The notes: a model not told the origin generated them from the sequence alone. 64,000 nucleotides of DNA from Fervidobacterium sp. (GCA_049970055.1 JBMFNR010000003.1:121388-185387), one strand, 5' to 3'. Positions 1-9,200 are shown, numbered from the stretch's first letter. Numbers and translations are program-made.

Positions 1-540
1 AAGGTATGCCCCCGGTGGAAGTATCATAACAAACATGTTAAAAGCTTTACCCCAAACTGAAATATCGAAAATGGAACCATTGCCGAGTAGTTCCCTGATA
101 CTTCCAAGTAGTGTCAAACTCAAAGTGAAGCCGACTCCCATTCCAAGCCCATCTAAGAGTGAATCTACTATACCGTGCTTGGAGGCGTAAGCTTCCGCGC
201 GTCCCATAATGATACAATTGACAACTATAAGTGGTATGAAAAGTCCTAGCGTCTTCCACAAATCGTATGTAAACGCATGCATGAGTAAGTCTACAACCGT
301 AACAAACGTTGCAATAACTGTTATAAATATCGGAATTCTTATCTTCTCTGGAACGGTTTTCCTGATTGCTGATATAACAACATTAGACATAACAAGAACA
401 ACCGTTGCAGCTATACCCATCCCAAAACCATTCTTTGCGCTTGTTGTTGTTGCAAGTGTCGGGCACATTCCGAGTACTTGAACGTATGTTGGGTTTTCTT
501 TTATGATACCCTTTGTAAATTCTGTGATCTTCAAGGCCAT
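1..540 (-). CDS. rnfE: Rnf complex subunit E (RnfE). The N-terminal 180 codons are present and the C-terminus is cut by the window edge.
   Basis: Not in the ORF track because it runs off the edge. Hand translation from ATG (540-538) gives MALKITEFTKGIIKENPTYVQVLGMCPTLATTTSAKNGFGMGIAATVVLVMSNVVISAIRKTVPEKIRIPIFITVIATFV...SVWGKAFNMFVMILPPGAYL, open to nt 1. It carries the LGMCPTLA signature of RnfE/NqrD-type subunits. Its start overlaps the rnfG stop (ATGA). Confidence 0.85.
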   Translation of the reverse strand, partial: MALKITEFTKGIIKENPTYVQVLGMCPTLATTTSAKNGFGMGIAATVVLVMSNVVISAIRKTVPEKIRIPIFITVIATFVTVVDLLMHAFTYDLWKTLGLFIPLIVVNCIIMGRAEAYASKHGIVDSLLDGLGMGVGFTLSLTLLGSIRELLGNGSIFDISVWGKAFNMFVMILPPGAYL

Positions 541-1229
541 CAGTTACCACCTCCTTGTATATATTTCTCTCTTAAGAATTTGTACATAGCATTTAGTGAA
601 CTTACCACAGCTCTTGGTGTTATTGTAGCACCTGTCATTACATCTGAAACTTTTGCTACACCTACTGTTTTAGCCTCTTCCGGATCAGAAAACTGCTTAC
701 CGGAATCTTTATCAACTTTCAAGCCATTTTTTAGTCCTGATTCTGGTATGGGATAAAACCTAGCTTGGATATTTTGTTCTGCAATCTTCGCACCAAGTCC
801 CGGGGTTTCTTGCGAGTAATCGAGTACTTTTATTTTGTAGAGCGATAATTCTCCATTTTCGTTCTTGAAAGCTGCCATTGTGAGTACTTTACCACCATAT
901 CCAATAGCATAGCCAGAGAGTACATAGTATTTCACACTGTTCGATTCAAATTCATATACTGGTGAAATTACTGTTCCGAAACCATCCGTGTATAATTCTT
1001 TACCCATATCGGTCCTTTTATCAATTACCGTTTTTTTAATTGTGTCAATATCAACAATTTCTGTACCATCATCGCTTTTTAAAAGAAATTCCATGGATTT
1101 TATAACATTATCCAATTCAGCCTCTGCGATCCTTTGCTCCGTTGTTTGATAAACAAGTGCAAGAGCGATACCAGCAACGAGAGTATAAATCATTAATGTG
1201 AGACTAATTTTAAGTGTCTCTTTTTTCAT
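540..1229 (-). CDS. rnfG: Rnf complex subunit G (FMN-binding)
   Basis: 229 aa with an N-terminal TM helix. It has an FMN_bind-type C-terminal region with the TGATIT motif (S/TGAT flavinylation-type site). It sits between rnfD and rnfE with 4-nt overlaps. Confidence 0.9.
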   Translation of the reverse strand: MKKETLKISLTLMIYTLVAGIALALVYQTTEQRIAEAELDNVIKSMEFLLKSDDGTEIVDIDTIKKTVIDKRTDMGKELYTDGFGTVISPVYEFESNSVKYYVLSGYAIGYGGKVLTMAAFKNENGELSLYKIKVLDYSQETPGLGAKIAEQNIQARFYPIPESGLKNGLKVDKDSGKQFSDPEEAKTVGVAKVSDVMTGATITPRAVVSSLNAMYKFLREKYIQGGGN

Positions 1230-2203
1230 TGAGCTCGCCTCCCAAATATTTTCGGCTGAGTATACCTATCGATCATCGGTACCAATGCGTTCATAAGTAG
1301 AATGGACAAGGATACTCCTTCTGGATATCCCCCAAAATACCTGATAATCATTGTGAGTAGACCACAACCCAAGCCGAAGATCGCTTGCCCTTTTAATGTC
1401 ATTGGGCTTGTTACCATATCAGTTGCCATGAAGAGTGCACCAAGCATGAGCCCACCTGCGAATAAATGGAACATTGGTGAACCAAATTTTTCTGGATTGA
1501 TGGTATAAAATACAGAAGACATCAGAAGTACAGTACCTAAGTATGTGGCAGGTATAATAACTTTGATTCTTCCTCTGAAAACAAGATAGGTAAAACCAAT
1601 GAGAAGTAGAATTGCGCTTGTTTCACCTATACATCCTCCGACATTTCCAAAAATAAGATCTACGTAACTTGTGGATTCCATAACTTTATTGAAACCTTGT
1701 AACTTCAATATAGCAAGCGGTGTAGCTGTTGTTTGAGCATCAGCTCCATACCAACCGGTAAATGATGCAAGCGGCCTATACCATGTAGTCATGGCTGTTG
1801 GAAATGATATTAATAAAAATACCCTTGCTGCCAAAGCAGGGTTGAATATATTCTGTCCCAATCCACCAAAAGCGTGTTTAACAATTGCGATTGCAAATAC
1901 AACACCTATTATTAGCACCCACCAAGGCGTTGCTGCGCTTACATTTAGTGCTAGAAGTAATCCTGTCACTGCAGCACTTCCGTTAGGTGTGAACTCTTTA
2001 TCTTTTCTTAAAACACGCATGATGAAAAATTCAATAAGCTCAGCACTTATCATTCCCATGATGGAAAGTAATAATGCGTATAAACCGAAGAAATAAGTTG
2101 CTCCAATAATAGCTGGTACGAGAGCTATCAATACATCGATCATTATCTTTCTTGTCGAATCTTCACTTCTCACGTGTGGTGCACTTGTAGTTAAAAGCTT
2201 CAT
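1226..2203 (-). CDS. rnfD: Rnf complex subunit D (polytopic membrane subunit)
   Basis: 325 aa, multi-TM and Gly/Ala/Leu-rich, NqrB/RnfD-like (…TTATPLAILK…). It is translationally coupled to rnfC and rnfG. Confidence 0.9.
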   Translation of the reverse strand: MKLLTTSAPHVRSEDSTRKIMIDVLIALVPAIIGATYFFGLYALLLSIMGMISAELIEFFIMRVLRKDKEFTPNGSAAVTGLLLALNVSAATPWWVLIIGVVFAIAIVKHAFGGLGQNIFNPALAARVFLLISFPTAMTTWYRPLASFTGWYGADAQTTATPLAILKLQGFNKVMESTSYVDLIFGNVGGCIGETSAILLLIGFTYLVFRGRIKVIIPATYLGTVLLMSSVFYTINPEKFGSPMFHLFAGGLMLGALFMATDMVTSPMTLKGQAIFGLGCGLLTMIIRYFGGYPEGVSLSILLMNALVPMIDRYTQPKIFGRRAQ

Positions 2204-3507
2204 TTTTTACCACCTCGCAGTGTTCGATAAACTTTCTTCGCAAGTTTAATTGACTTTACGTGTTCCACGTTAGCTGGACATATATACGTACAAGAACCAC
2301 ATTCTATACAATCAAGTAAACCTATAGCTGCTGCTTCATCGTATTTCTTTTTTCTTGATAATAAGTCGAGTAAGTATGGCTGTAAGTTCATGGGACATAC
2401 GTGAACACAGTAAGAACACCTTATACAATTCGTAGATTCTCTTTTCTGTTCTTTTATAACAGTAATACCATTATTACCTTTGAGTATGGGAGTATCCAAA
2501 GATGAAACTGGAATCCCCGTCATAGGTCCACCCATGAGTAATTTTATTTCCTCCAAGCCCTCAACAAAACCTCCAGCAAGCTCGCTGATAATCCATGAAA
2601 TTGGTGTGCCTATTCTGACCCACCAATTGCCACGTTTCTTCACACCTTCCCCCGTTAATGTTAGCCCTCTTTCGATTAGTGGTTTACCATCGATGATAGC
2701 TTCTTTAATTGCGATCATTGTGCTGACATTTTGAACTACTACACCAACATCGGCGGGCAGACCTCCGCTTGGGACTTCCCTTCCGGTTATAGTTTTAATT
2801 AATTGTTTTTCCGCCCCTTGTGGGTACTTTGTTCTAAGGGCTGCGACTTTCACTTTTCCATTCCACTCTTTTTCTAAAAGTTCAATGGCGTCTTTTTTAT
2901 TTTCTTCAATACCTATATAAACATCTCTAACCCCAAGGATCTTCTTTACTATTTCAATCCCTACAAGTAAATCATCGTACATTTCAAGCATCACTCTATG
3001 ATCAATAGTCAGATATGGTTCACACTCAGCTCCGTTTATGATGAGTGTGTCTACTGGTTTTGGAGGGTTAAGTTTTACATGTGTAGGGAACATAGCACCG
3101 CCAAGACCCACAATTCCTGCTTTCTTGATTATTTCTAACAATTCCTCTTTAGAAGCTTTTTGATAATCGAGCTTGGGTAAAAGTTCCCATTCGTCTTCTT
3201 TCGTTCTTTCGATCGTAATAGCTTCAACAGCCATTCCGTGTATACTACTATTTACTTTGGCGATGCTAAGAACTTTTCCAGTAACAGGGGAGTGCACATA
3301 TGCCGAGATTGGACCTTGCGGTTCACCTATAATCTGTCCGGTTTTGACTTCTTGACCTACCTCAACCACAGGCTTAGCAGGAGCTCCTGCATGCTGAGCC
3401 ATGAAAACTACGACTTTATCAGGTAATGGGGCCTTTTGTATATTTTCGTGCTCTGTTAGTTTTTTTTCCGGTGGATGAACACCGCCTTTAAATGTTAACA
3501 ATCTCAC
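2200..3507 (-). CDS. rnfC: Rnf complex subunit C (NADH-binding, 2x[4Fe-4S])
   Basis: 435 aa. The GTG start is preceded by GGGAGGTG with a 6-nt spacer. It has two ferredoxin-type motifs, CIRCSYCVHVCP and CIECGSCTYICP, plus GLGGAMFPTHVK, which is typical of RnfC. Confidence 0.92.
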   Translation of the reverse strand: MRLLTFKGGVHPPEKKLTEHENIQKAPLPDKVVVFMAQHAGAPAKPVVEVGQEVKTGQIIGEPQGPISAYVHSPVTGKVLSIAKVNSSIHGMAVEAITIERTKEDEWELLPKLDYQKASKEELLEIIKKAGIVGLGGAMFPTHVKLNPPKPVDTLIINGAECEPYLTIDHRVMLEMYDDLLVGIEIVKKILGVRDVYIGIEENKKDAIELLEKEWNGKVKVAALRTKYPQGAEKQLIKTITGREVPSGGLPADVGVVVQNVSTMIAIKEAIIDGKPLIERGLTLTGEGVKKRGNWWVRIGTPISWIISELAGGFVEGLEEIKLLMGGPMTGIPVSSLDTPILKGNNGITVIKEQKRESTNCIRCSYCVHVCPMNLQPYLLDLLSRKKKYDEAAAIGLLDCIECGSCTYICPANVEHVKSIKLAKKVYRTLRGGKK

Positions 3508-3747
3508 CTACCACACCTCCCAAACGTCTGCAGATTGTAATAGATTGCATATATCACTGAATATACGAACAAGCGTAGTAAATAAATAAAATAGATTAAG
3601 CTTATCTAATATTCTACGTAAAATTATACGTGAAAATCACATTTTAGTGTTAAACGGCCGTTAATTTTTCAGCTACTAAAATTATAATATCAGGTATGAA
3701 ATTATCTTAAACCTTAAAATACGCCGATTTTCTATGCTTTCAAAGAA

Positions 3748-4530
3748 TTAGAAAGGGTAGTATAGATATTTATCTTCATATCTAAGCACAAGTAAATTTT
3801 TCAACTGTACGTCTTTAAATTTTTGGTCTGAAAAGTTTCTAGGACCAAATTGGACTATCAGTTTTCTCCCGTGTGTTATTTTAACCATTTGTGCGATTTG
3901 TAGTGGAACGTTTACATAATACGCAAAAAATTTAATTTTTGATATTTCATACCTTTCCTTCAATTTGCTTAGAGCATTCAAAATGTTTTCTCGTTCAACA
4001 TACTGTGCAGGGTTGTAAACAGAGTAATTAACCTGAGATAACACGTTTGACTCATACTTAACCATTTTGAACGCAAAGGTAAAATTTTTAGTAAGAGCTG
4101 AATTTGAAAGTGTGGGTACTCTTTCAATGGTTGGATTATTTAACAAAATTCTGGAACTATCGATAAGTAATGTTACTTTTTCAATCAGTTCTGAACTATT
4201 ATAAGATGTATACCCTTCAAATTTTTCTTCTAAAAAAGGAGGGGCTTTTTCAAGCTCCACGCTTAACACTTTTTGATAAAAATCATTGGATGTTAAATTA
4301 ATAATGGATAAATTCATCTTGTTGACTAGCAAAGAATTTACTGGCAAGTGATTTTGGGAAAACGTAATTTCTAAGACTTTTGGACAAGTAAAACAAAAAC
4401 CCCCAAAGTTAGCTTTAATAATCATTGGTAGATCCTTACCACGGGATGGTATTTTTAACTCTATATTAGTATATTTTATAAGCCCAAGCTCCATTTTTAG
4501 TGTTTCGATTACTTCTCTTGCGATGCGCAT
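3748..4530 (-). CDS. Hypothetical protein, last gene of the fliA operon
   Basis: 260-aa ORF with protein-like composition. It overlaps the upstream ORF by 22 nt on the same strand. No motif recognised and no TM segment. Confidence 0.6.
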   Translation of the reverse strand: MRIAREVIETLKMELGLIKYTNIELKIPSRGKDLPMIIKANFGGFCFTCPKVLEITFSQNHLPVNSLLVNKMNLSIINLTSNDFYQKVLSVELEKAPPFLEEKFEGYTSYNSSELIEKVTLLIDSSRILLNNPTIERVPTLSNSALTKNFTFAFKMVKYESNVLSQVNYSVYNPAQYVERENILNALSKLKERYEISKIKFFAYYVNVPLQIAQMVKITHGRKLIVQFGPRNFSDQKFKDVQLKNLLVLRYEDKYLYYPF

Positions 4531-4997
4531 ATGTAATCAAGCGCTTTCTGGATCCGCTCAAATGGTTCCATGATATCTATTTTATTTGCATATTCTATTA
4601 TTTTCTGAATTATACTATCATCGACTTTTGCACTTTCTTGAAATGTTATTCTAAAGCTTTTACTGCCTACCGTGACAATAACTTCGTTATTTTCTCTTTT
4701 TTCCGGTACTGTTTGTGGAAGCATTGTAAGCAGAACTAAGTTTTTATCAAAAAGAAGGGTTGGGTCTTCAACTAATAAAACCTCAGGTCTATTTTCTAAT
4801 TTTTGAATGAGCCCCTTTGCAATTATTTCCACATGTAGGTAATATTCTAGGGAACTTCCGTAAATGATCTCCTGCAATTTTGTAGGAATAACTGGTTCGG
4901 AATATTTAAATTCAACAGGAATGCCAAAATCATTTATCACAAGGGCTCCACCGAGGTGCTTAGTGTCAATTTTTTGAACGGAAAGATAACCTATCAT
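4509..4997 (-). CDS. Hypothetical protein, fliA operon
   Basis: 162-aa ORF. Its ATG overlaps the stop of the upstream ORF (ATGA at 4994-4997). No motif recognised. Confidence 0.6.
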   Translation of the reverse strand: MIGYLSVQKIDTKHLGGALVINDFGIPVEFKYSEPVIPTKLQEIIYGSSLEYYLHVEIIAKGLIQKLENRPEVLLVEDPTLLFDKNLVLLTMLPQTVPEKRENNEVIVTVGSKSFRITFQESAKVDDSIIQKIIEYANKIDIMEPFERIQKALDYICASQEK

Positions 4998-5308
4998 ACT
5001 CTCACATCCAAAATGTGTGAATCATCACGTCTTACTATATCCTTTTTTTCTTTACCTTCTTGTTTACTTTGTTTGGTGTATTCTCCTTGACTCTTTCCTT
5101 CTGTTGAACTTTGTATTTTCTTTTGCTCTGTACTATTAACACTTTTAGGAGAAGTGAGTTCCTGCTGTATGCGTTTTTCAACACTTTGAGCACTTTGCAT
5201 AAGCGCAGCTTGAGCTGTGTATTGCTGCAAACTAACTATGTGCGAATTCTCGTACCCCACCTTTAATATTATCGTTTGATTTTGTACACCACTAATAGGC
5301 TCAGTCAT
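4994..5308 (-). CDS. Hypothetical small protein with a K/Q/S/E-rich, probably disordered C-terminal half, immediately after fliA
   Basis: The track ORF is 4994..5350. I prefer the ATG at 5308-5306 (MTEPISGVQNQ…), which lies 6 nt after AGAGGTG inside the fliA 3' end. The low-complexity tail is STEQKKIQSSTEGKSQGEYTKQSKQEGKEKK. Confidence 0.5.
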   Translation of the reverse strand: MTEPISGVQNQTIILKVGYENSHIVSLQQYTAQAALMQSAQSVEKRIQQELTSPKSVNSTEQKKIQSSTEGKSQGEYTKQSKQEGKEKKDIVRRDDSHILDVRV

Positions 5309-6005
5309 ATTCATCACCTCTAAGCATTTTACGTAGCTTAGAAAGTACACCGGTGATTATTTGAGACACGCGTGATTCTGTAACACCAAATACTTCAGCA
5401 ATTTCCTTCAACGAGAGTTCATGTTCGTACCTCATGCTCAGCATCATTTTTTCTTTATCATCTAACTTGTTTATCGCCTCAATCAGCTGTTCGTAAAGTA
5501 TAGATTTCCATGCGTTTTCTTTGACATTTTCTTCACTCTTGACTTCGATTGGTGCGTATGATATCTCTTCGGACTCAAAAAGGTATTGATCTAAATTCAA
5601 ATATTGTTTTAGCGCTAATTCACTATATATCTCCTTCACATCCTCAGAACTCATACCCAATCTCTCAGCCATTTCGTCGTAAGACGGAAATCGGTTGTAC
5701 TCGTCATAAAAGTTCAAGATTTCTCTGTCGAGTCTCTTGATATCTTGTCTCACGTTTTTAGGTAAATAATCAATTCTTCTCAGATAATCGAGCATAGCCC
5801 CCTTTATTCTTGTATAAGCAAATGTTTTAAACGTGGCACCGTGCCGCGGATCATATTTCTCAACAGCTTGTAATAAGGCAATTACACCCTCTTGGATTAA
5901 ATCGTCGAGTTCAACATTGTATGGGAGGTTAACTTTTAAGTCGCGTGCTATTCTTACAATCAACGGTAAGTATTGTTTTACAATGTTTTCTTTATCCATT
6001 ATCAA
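5301..6005 (-). CDS. fliA: Flagellar RNA polymerase sigma factor (sigma-28 / FliA / SigD family)
   Basis: 234 aa. Region 2 reads DLIQEGVIALLQAVEKYDPRHGATFKTFAYTRIKGAMLDYLR and the region 4 HTH reads LSLKEIAEVFGVTESRVSQI. It lies downstream of cheD and cheC in a flagellar cluster. Confidence 0.9.
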   Translation of the reverse strand: MIMDKENIVKQYLPLIVRIARDLKVNLPYNVELDDLIQEGVIALLQAVEKYDPRHGATFKTFAYTRIKGAMLDYLRRIDYLPKNVRQDIKRLDREILNFYDEYNRFPSYDEMAERLGMSSEDVKEIYSELALKQYLNLDQYLFESEEISYAPIEVKSEENVKENAWKSILYEQLIEAINKLDDKEKMMLSMRYEHELSLKEIAEVFGVTESRVSQIITGVLSKLRKMLRGDEYD

Positions 6006-6481
6006 ATTTCCGTTACCTCCACAGCATCTCCCGTTTTGACTTTTCTGATCAACAACTTTCCTGTTTCTACATCGTATTCTATGCTCCTTGCCTTGTTTCC
6101 TCCTGTATCTTCCGAAAGAAGTTTTATACCATTTCTTTGTAAAGCTTTTTTAACCGCTTCCACGTTTCTTGCACCTATATCCATTGCTGACTGAAACATT
6201 GAAGCGCCACCAGCTATCTTTGCTTCAAGTCTATTTCTTTGGGCTCCCATTTTGAGCAATTCATCAACGATAATGTCTACTCCCGTATCAGCAAATTTAC
6301 CTGGTGTACTTGTTGGTTTTCCGCCACTATCTGGTAGCATAACATGGACCATTGCGCCTACTTTTGCAATAGGATCTCGTACACAAACCCCAACACATGA
6401 ACCAAGTCCAAGCGTTACCAATATAGCGGGATTGCGTTCAACAGCCCATTCTCCAATGCCTATTATTACTTTTTTCTTCAT
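6002..6481 (-). CDS. cheD: Chemoreceptor glutamine deamidase CheD
   Basis: 159 aa. LGSCVGVCVRD and HVMLP are CheD hallmarks. It overlaps the fliA start by 4 nt. Confidence 0.9.
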   Translation of the reverse strand: MKKKVIIGIGEWAVERNPAILVTLGLGSCVGVCVRDPIAKVGAMVHVMLPDSGGKPTSTPGKFADTGVDIIVDELLKMGAQRNRLEAKIAGGASMFQSAMDIGARNVEAVKKALQRNGIKLLSEDTGGNKARSIEYDVETGKLLIRKVKTGDAVEVTEI

Positions 6482-6486
6482 TTATC

Positions 6487-7101
6487 TCACATCCCCAATG
6501 CCTTCAACAACTTCTCTAATGATTCAATTGATGGAACAAGAAGCAAGTAACCTGTAAGTTCTTCTTCTATACCCTCTATCTTGATCACAGTCTCTACCAA
6601 CATTAAATTGTCTTCACCAGCTAAAGCAAGAGGCAGTGAAATTTCAGAAATAATCGCGCTGATCATGTCAACAACTAAATCAGGTGGATCAGGATTTATG
6701 TAAAGATTCGTAAAACCTGCCAATGCCGTAACGTACGAACCGCACATTATGTTTCCAATTTCTTTGAGCATCGAAGAACTAAATTCGTCAAGCTCGGTTA
6801 CATTACTTATCTCCATTCCAGTTAACGCTTTTGCAATAATTTTTACCGCTCTTGGTTCGAATAGAAGAATGATTTCACCAGTCATGTCTTCTCTAAGGGT
6901 CATTTTTATGGCAGCTACTGTTTCTTCTGGCTTTTCAAAAAGGAATGGTATTTTCGATATCGGAATTATCTTCACTTGTGGGACGGAAATATCCACTTTT
7001 TTGTCAAGCATCATAGAAAGAGCTGTTGCTGCATTACCTGTTCCTATATTTCCCACCTCTTTTATAGCGTCCAACTGGGTTTCGGTGAGCTTCTCAAGCA
7101 T
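6487..7101 (-). CDS. cheC: CheY-P phosphatase CheC
   Basis: 204 aa with the duplicated CheC motif: EVGNIGTGNAATALS and EIGNIMCGSYVTALA. Confidence 0.9.
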   Translation of the reverse strand: MLEKLTETQLDAIKEVGNIGTGNAATALSMMLDKKVDISVPQVKIIPISKIPFLFEKPEETVAAIKMTLREDMTGEIILLFEPRAVKIIAKALTGMEISNVTELDEFSSSMLKEIGNIMCGSYVTALAGFTNLYINPDPPDLVVDMISAIISEISLPLALAGEDNLMLVETVIKIEGIEEELTGYLLLVPSIESLEKLLKALGM

Positions 7102-7130
7102 TCGTATAATCCTCCCTTCTAAAATCTAGA

Positions 7131-7814
7131 CTATTTTTTGATAGAACTTTGTATATTCCTTTGTTTGAGTTCCTGCTGGAATATAAATTTTACGAGATTC
7201 TTCTCAACATTAGTTTGTACATCCAAAAACTGTATGCCGTACATGTAATAATCGTCAATTTTACCATCTTCTCTAACAATCCTTGACTTTTGTTTTTCCA
7301 GCGAAAAATCCTCCGTAAGTTTCAAGTCAATATAGATTATATCACCTAATTTCAAAAGTTTTTTCGTAGCAATCAGAAGTCCACCTGCACTTATATTTTT
7401 CGTTGTGAAAGGATATGATTCGGCATCAGGCTCATTGGAGATATAGAATCGGCCATCGAGGAATAATGGTACTCTAACGAATTTTCTTCTCTCGGTCTTT
7501 CTGATAACTTCTGGGAAAGGTGCAGGTATCGAATAAATGTTATCTTTCTTTGTGACACCCAATGAAACAGTTTGAAACTCATAAACTGATGATCTATCAA
7601 AAACATTGATAGTCATCCTTACGCCTTTTGGTATCGGAACAAATTTCCCTTTTAACGATGGTATCGACAGAAAAATGATATTTTTATCCAAATCTATATC
7701 AATTACGTTGCTTTTGTAAACTCCCTCGAGCTCTTTAACAAGAGATATTATTATTTGAGCGGGTAGTCCTATTCTTAAAGCTTTAGATGCATCGACAAGC
7801 TCCACATAAGGCAT
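7131..7814 (-). CDS. PilZ-domain c-di-GMP receptor, YcgR-like (N-terminal PilZN-type domain plus PilZ)
   Basis: 227 aa. RRKFVRV (RxxxR) is followed about 30 aa later by NISAGG (D/NxSxxG). Confidence 0.8.
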   Translation of the reverse strand: MPYVELVDASKALRIGLPAQIIISLVKELEGVYKSNVIDIDLDKNIIFLSIPSLKGKFVPIPKGVRMTINVFDRSSVYEFQTVSLGVTKKDNIYSIPAPFPEVIRKTERRKFVRVPLFLDGRFYISNEPDAESYPFTTKNISAGGLLIATKKLLKLGDIIYIDLKLTEDFSLEKQKSRIVREDGKIDDYYMYGIQFLDVQTNVEKNLVKFIFQQELKQRNIQSSIKK

Positions 7815-8368
7815 TACAACAACTCCCCTATACGTGAATACTTTTTGTAAAGTTCAGTCCAGGTTTCTGAAGCATTTTCGATGTATATTCCACACCTGTA
7901 ACATTCTTCTTCCTCCACGAACCACATAACTTTTCCTGATTCATTGTTATTGTTTACAAAAAGATTTATAATCTCATTAAACTTCGGCTTGTATTCGGAC
8001 AAAATTTGACATCCGTTTTCCGAAATATCCGTTATGACTCCTTTGAAATTATCGAAGATTACGCAACTTTCAAAAGCAACGTACCTAGGTTTAGCACGTC
8101 TCTGTAATATACCAGCTTTTTCAAGTGCGGTATAAACATAAGTATTTTTATCTTCTTCTTTACTTAATTTACCAATGAATGTTACAATATAACCTTCTAT
8201 GGGCAAATCGATTCTTAAAACTTCTGGAATATATGAAGGTTTTAGAAAAGAGATGTATATGTTTTTGCCTTTAAGCTTCTTCATTCTAATAGCCAATTGA
8301 CCATCTTTAGCGAAACCACGTAGGACAGCATCAGTTAGATTTGCATTAATGTACTCTTCTATCGTCAT
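7814..8368 (-). CDS. Second PilZ-domain protein
   Basis: 184 aa. RRAKPRYV (RxxxR) is followed by DISENG (DxSxxG). Its stop and the next gene's start share nt 7814. Confidence 0.7.
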   Translation of the reverse strand: MTIEEYINANLTDAVLRGFAKDGQLAIRMKKLKGKNIYISFLKPSYIPEVLRIDLPIEGYIVTFIGKLSKEEDKNTYVYTALEKAGILQRRAKPRYVAFESCVIFDNFKGVITDISENGCQILSEYKPKFNEIINLFVNNNNESGKVMWFVEEEECYRCGIYIENASETWTELYKKYSRIGELL

Positions 8369-8369
8369 T

Positions 8370-9200
8370 TCAATTCCCCCTAAAAAGCCTTACAAATTTT
8401 TCAAGTAAGTTCTCACGTAATTTAGAATTTTGTTTCATCTTAAGGATATTCGATGCAATCCTCATTATGGAAAATGTTGGCTGAATATTTCGGTACTTTT
8501 TTACAAATAGTTCCCTTTGATAAACACTTTTAATAACTAACGGATGGTCTTTTACTATAGTTACTGATGAAATATTGCTATTGATGAATTTCTCCGTGAC
8601 TCCTATAAATCTTTCTAAGAGTTTTGTTGCCTCTTTAACGTCTTGTACCATATTTGCCACCACATGAATATTTTCTCCCATGATGCCTTTAACGCTTAGG
8701 AGTTTAATCATGGTGTACGTGTTCACTATCGATGTTGGTTCAATAGTTGTTAAAACAACGAAATCTTCAACTAGTGCAAAAAAAGGCATGTAGTTTTCCG
8801 AAAATCCGGGAGGCATATCCATAACGACGACATCGTAATCATCTAGAAGTCTTAGGAAGTGTGTTGCAAAGTCTCTCAATACGATCTCATTCGTTGTAAC
8901 AATATCAGTGACATCACCGCCAAGCGACAGTAAGTCGACACCATAGATTGTGGAATTTACCAAGTCATCTATTGAGCATTTGTGATTAACAAAATCTTTC
9001 AATGTGTACTTTGGGTAAGCCCCAAGTAAAATATCGGCATTTGTAAACCCAACATCTGCATCCAACAGTAGTATTTTTTTCGCATACTCTGACAACAAGG
9101 CGGAGAGATTAGTTGCAATTAGTGTTTTTCCAACACCGCCTTTTCCACTGATCACAGCTACGACTTGACAATTCTTAAGATTTTTAGCTTGATCTTGCAT
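8370..9200 (-). CDS. flhG: MinD/ParA-type ATPase FlhG (YlxH), flagellar number/placement regulator
   Basis: 276 aa with the deviant Walker A SGKGGVGKT. It lies directly after flhF. Confidence 0.85.
   Translation of the reverse strand: MQDQAKNLKNCQVVAVISGKGGVGKTLIATNLSALLSEYAKKILLLDADVGFTNADILLGAYPKYTLKDFVNHKCSIDDLVNSTIYGVDLLSLGGDVTDIVTTNEIVLRDFATHFLRLLDDYDVVVMDMPPGFSENYMPFFALVEDFVVLTTIEPTSIVNTYTMIKLLSVKGIMGENIHVVANMVQDVKEATKLLERFIGVTEKFINSNISSVTIVKDHPLVIKSVYQRELFVKKYRNIQPTFSIMRIASNILKMKQNSKLRENLLEKFVRLFRGN

Noticed and set aside
47-481. Track ORFs 47..259 (-) and 209..481 (+) at the left edge
   Set aside because: Both lie inside the hand-verified open rnfE frame (minus strand, ATG at 540) and have non-protein-like composition. 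They are shadow ORFs of rnfE.
3630-3640. Possible Rex or CRP/FNR-type site (GTGAAAATCAC) upstream of rnfC
   Set aside because: The half-site spacing (GTGA-N3-TCAC) fits neither Rex (TTGTGAA-N4-TTCACAA) nor CRP/FNR (TGTGA-N6-TCACA). It is kept only as an unnamed inverted repeat in the findings.
3648-3672. TTAAACGGCCGTTAA palindrome followed by TTTTT as a terminator for the fliA operon
   Set aside because: The stem is only ~5 bp with a bulge. The T-run is on the plus strand, which is the wrong orientation for the minus-strand operon, so it is too weak to call.
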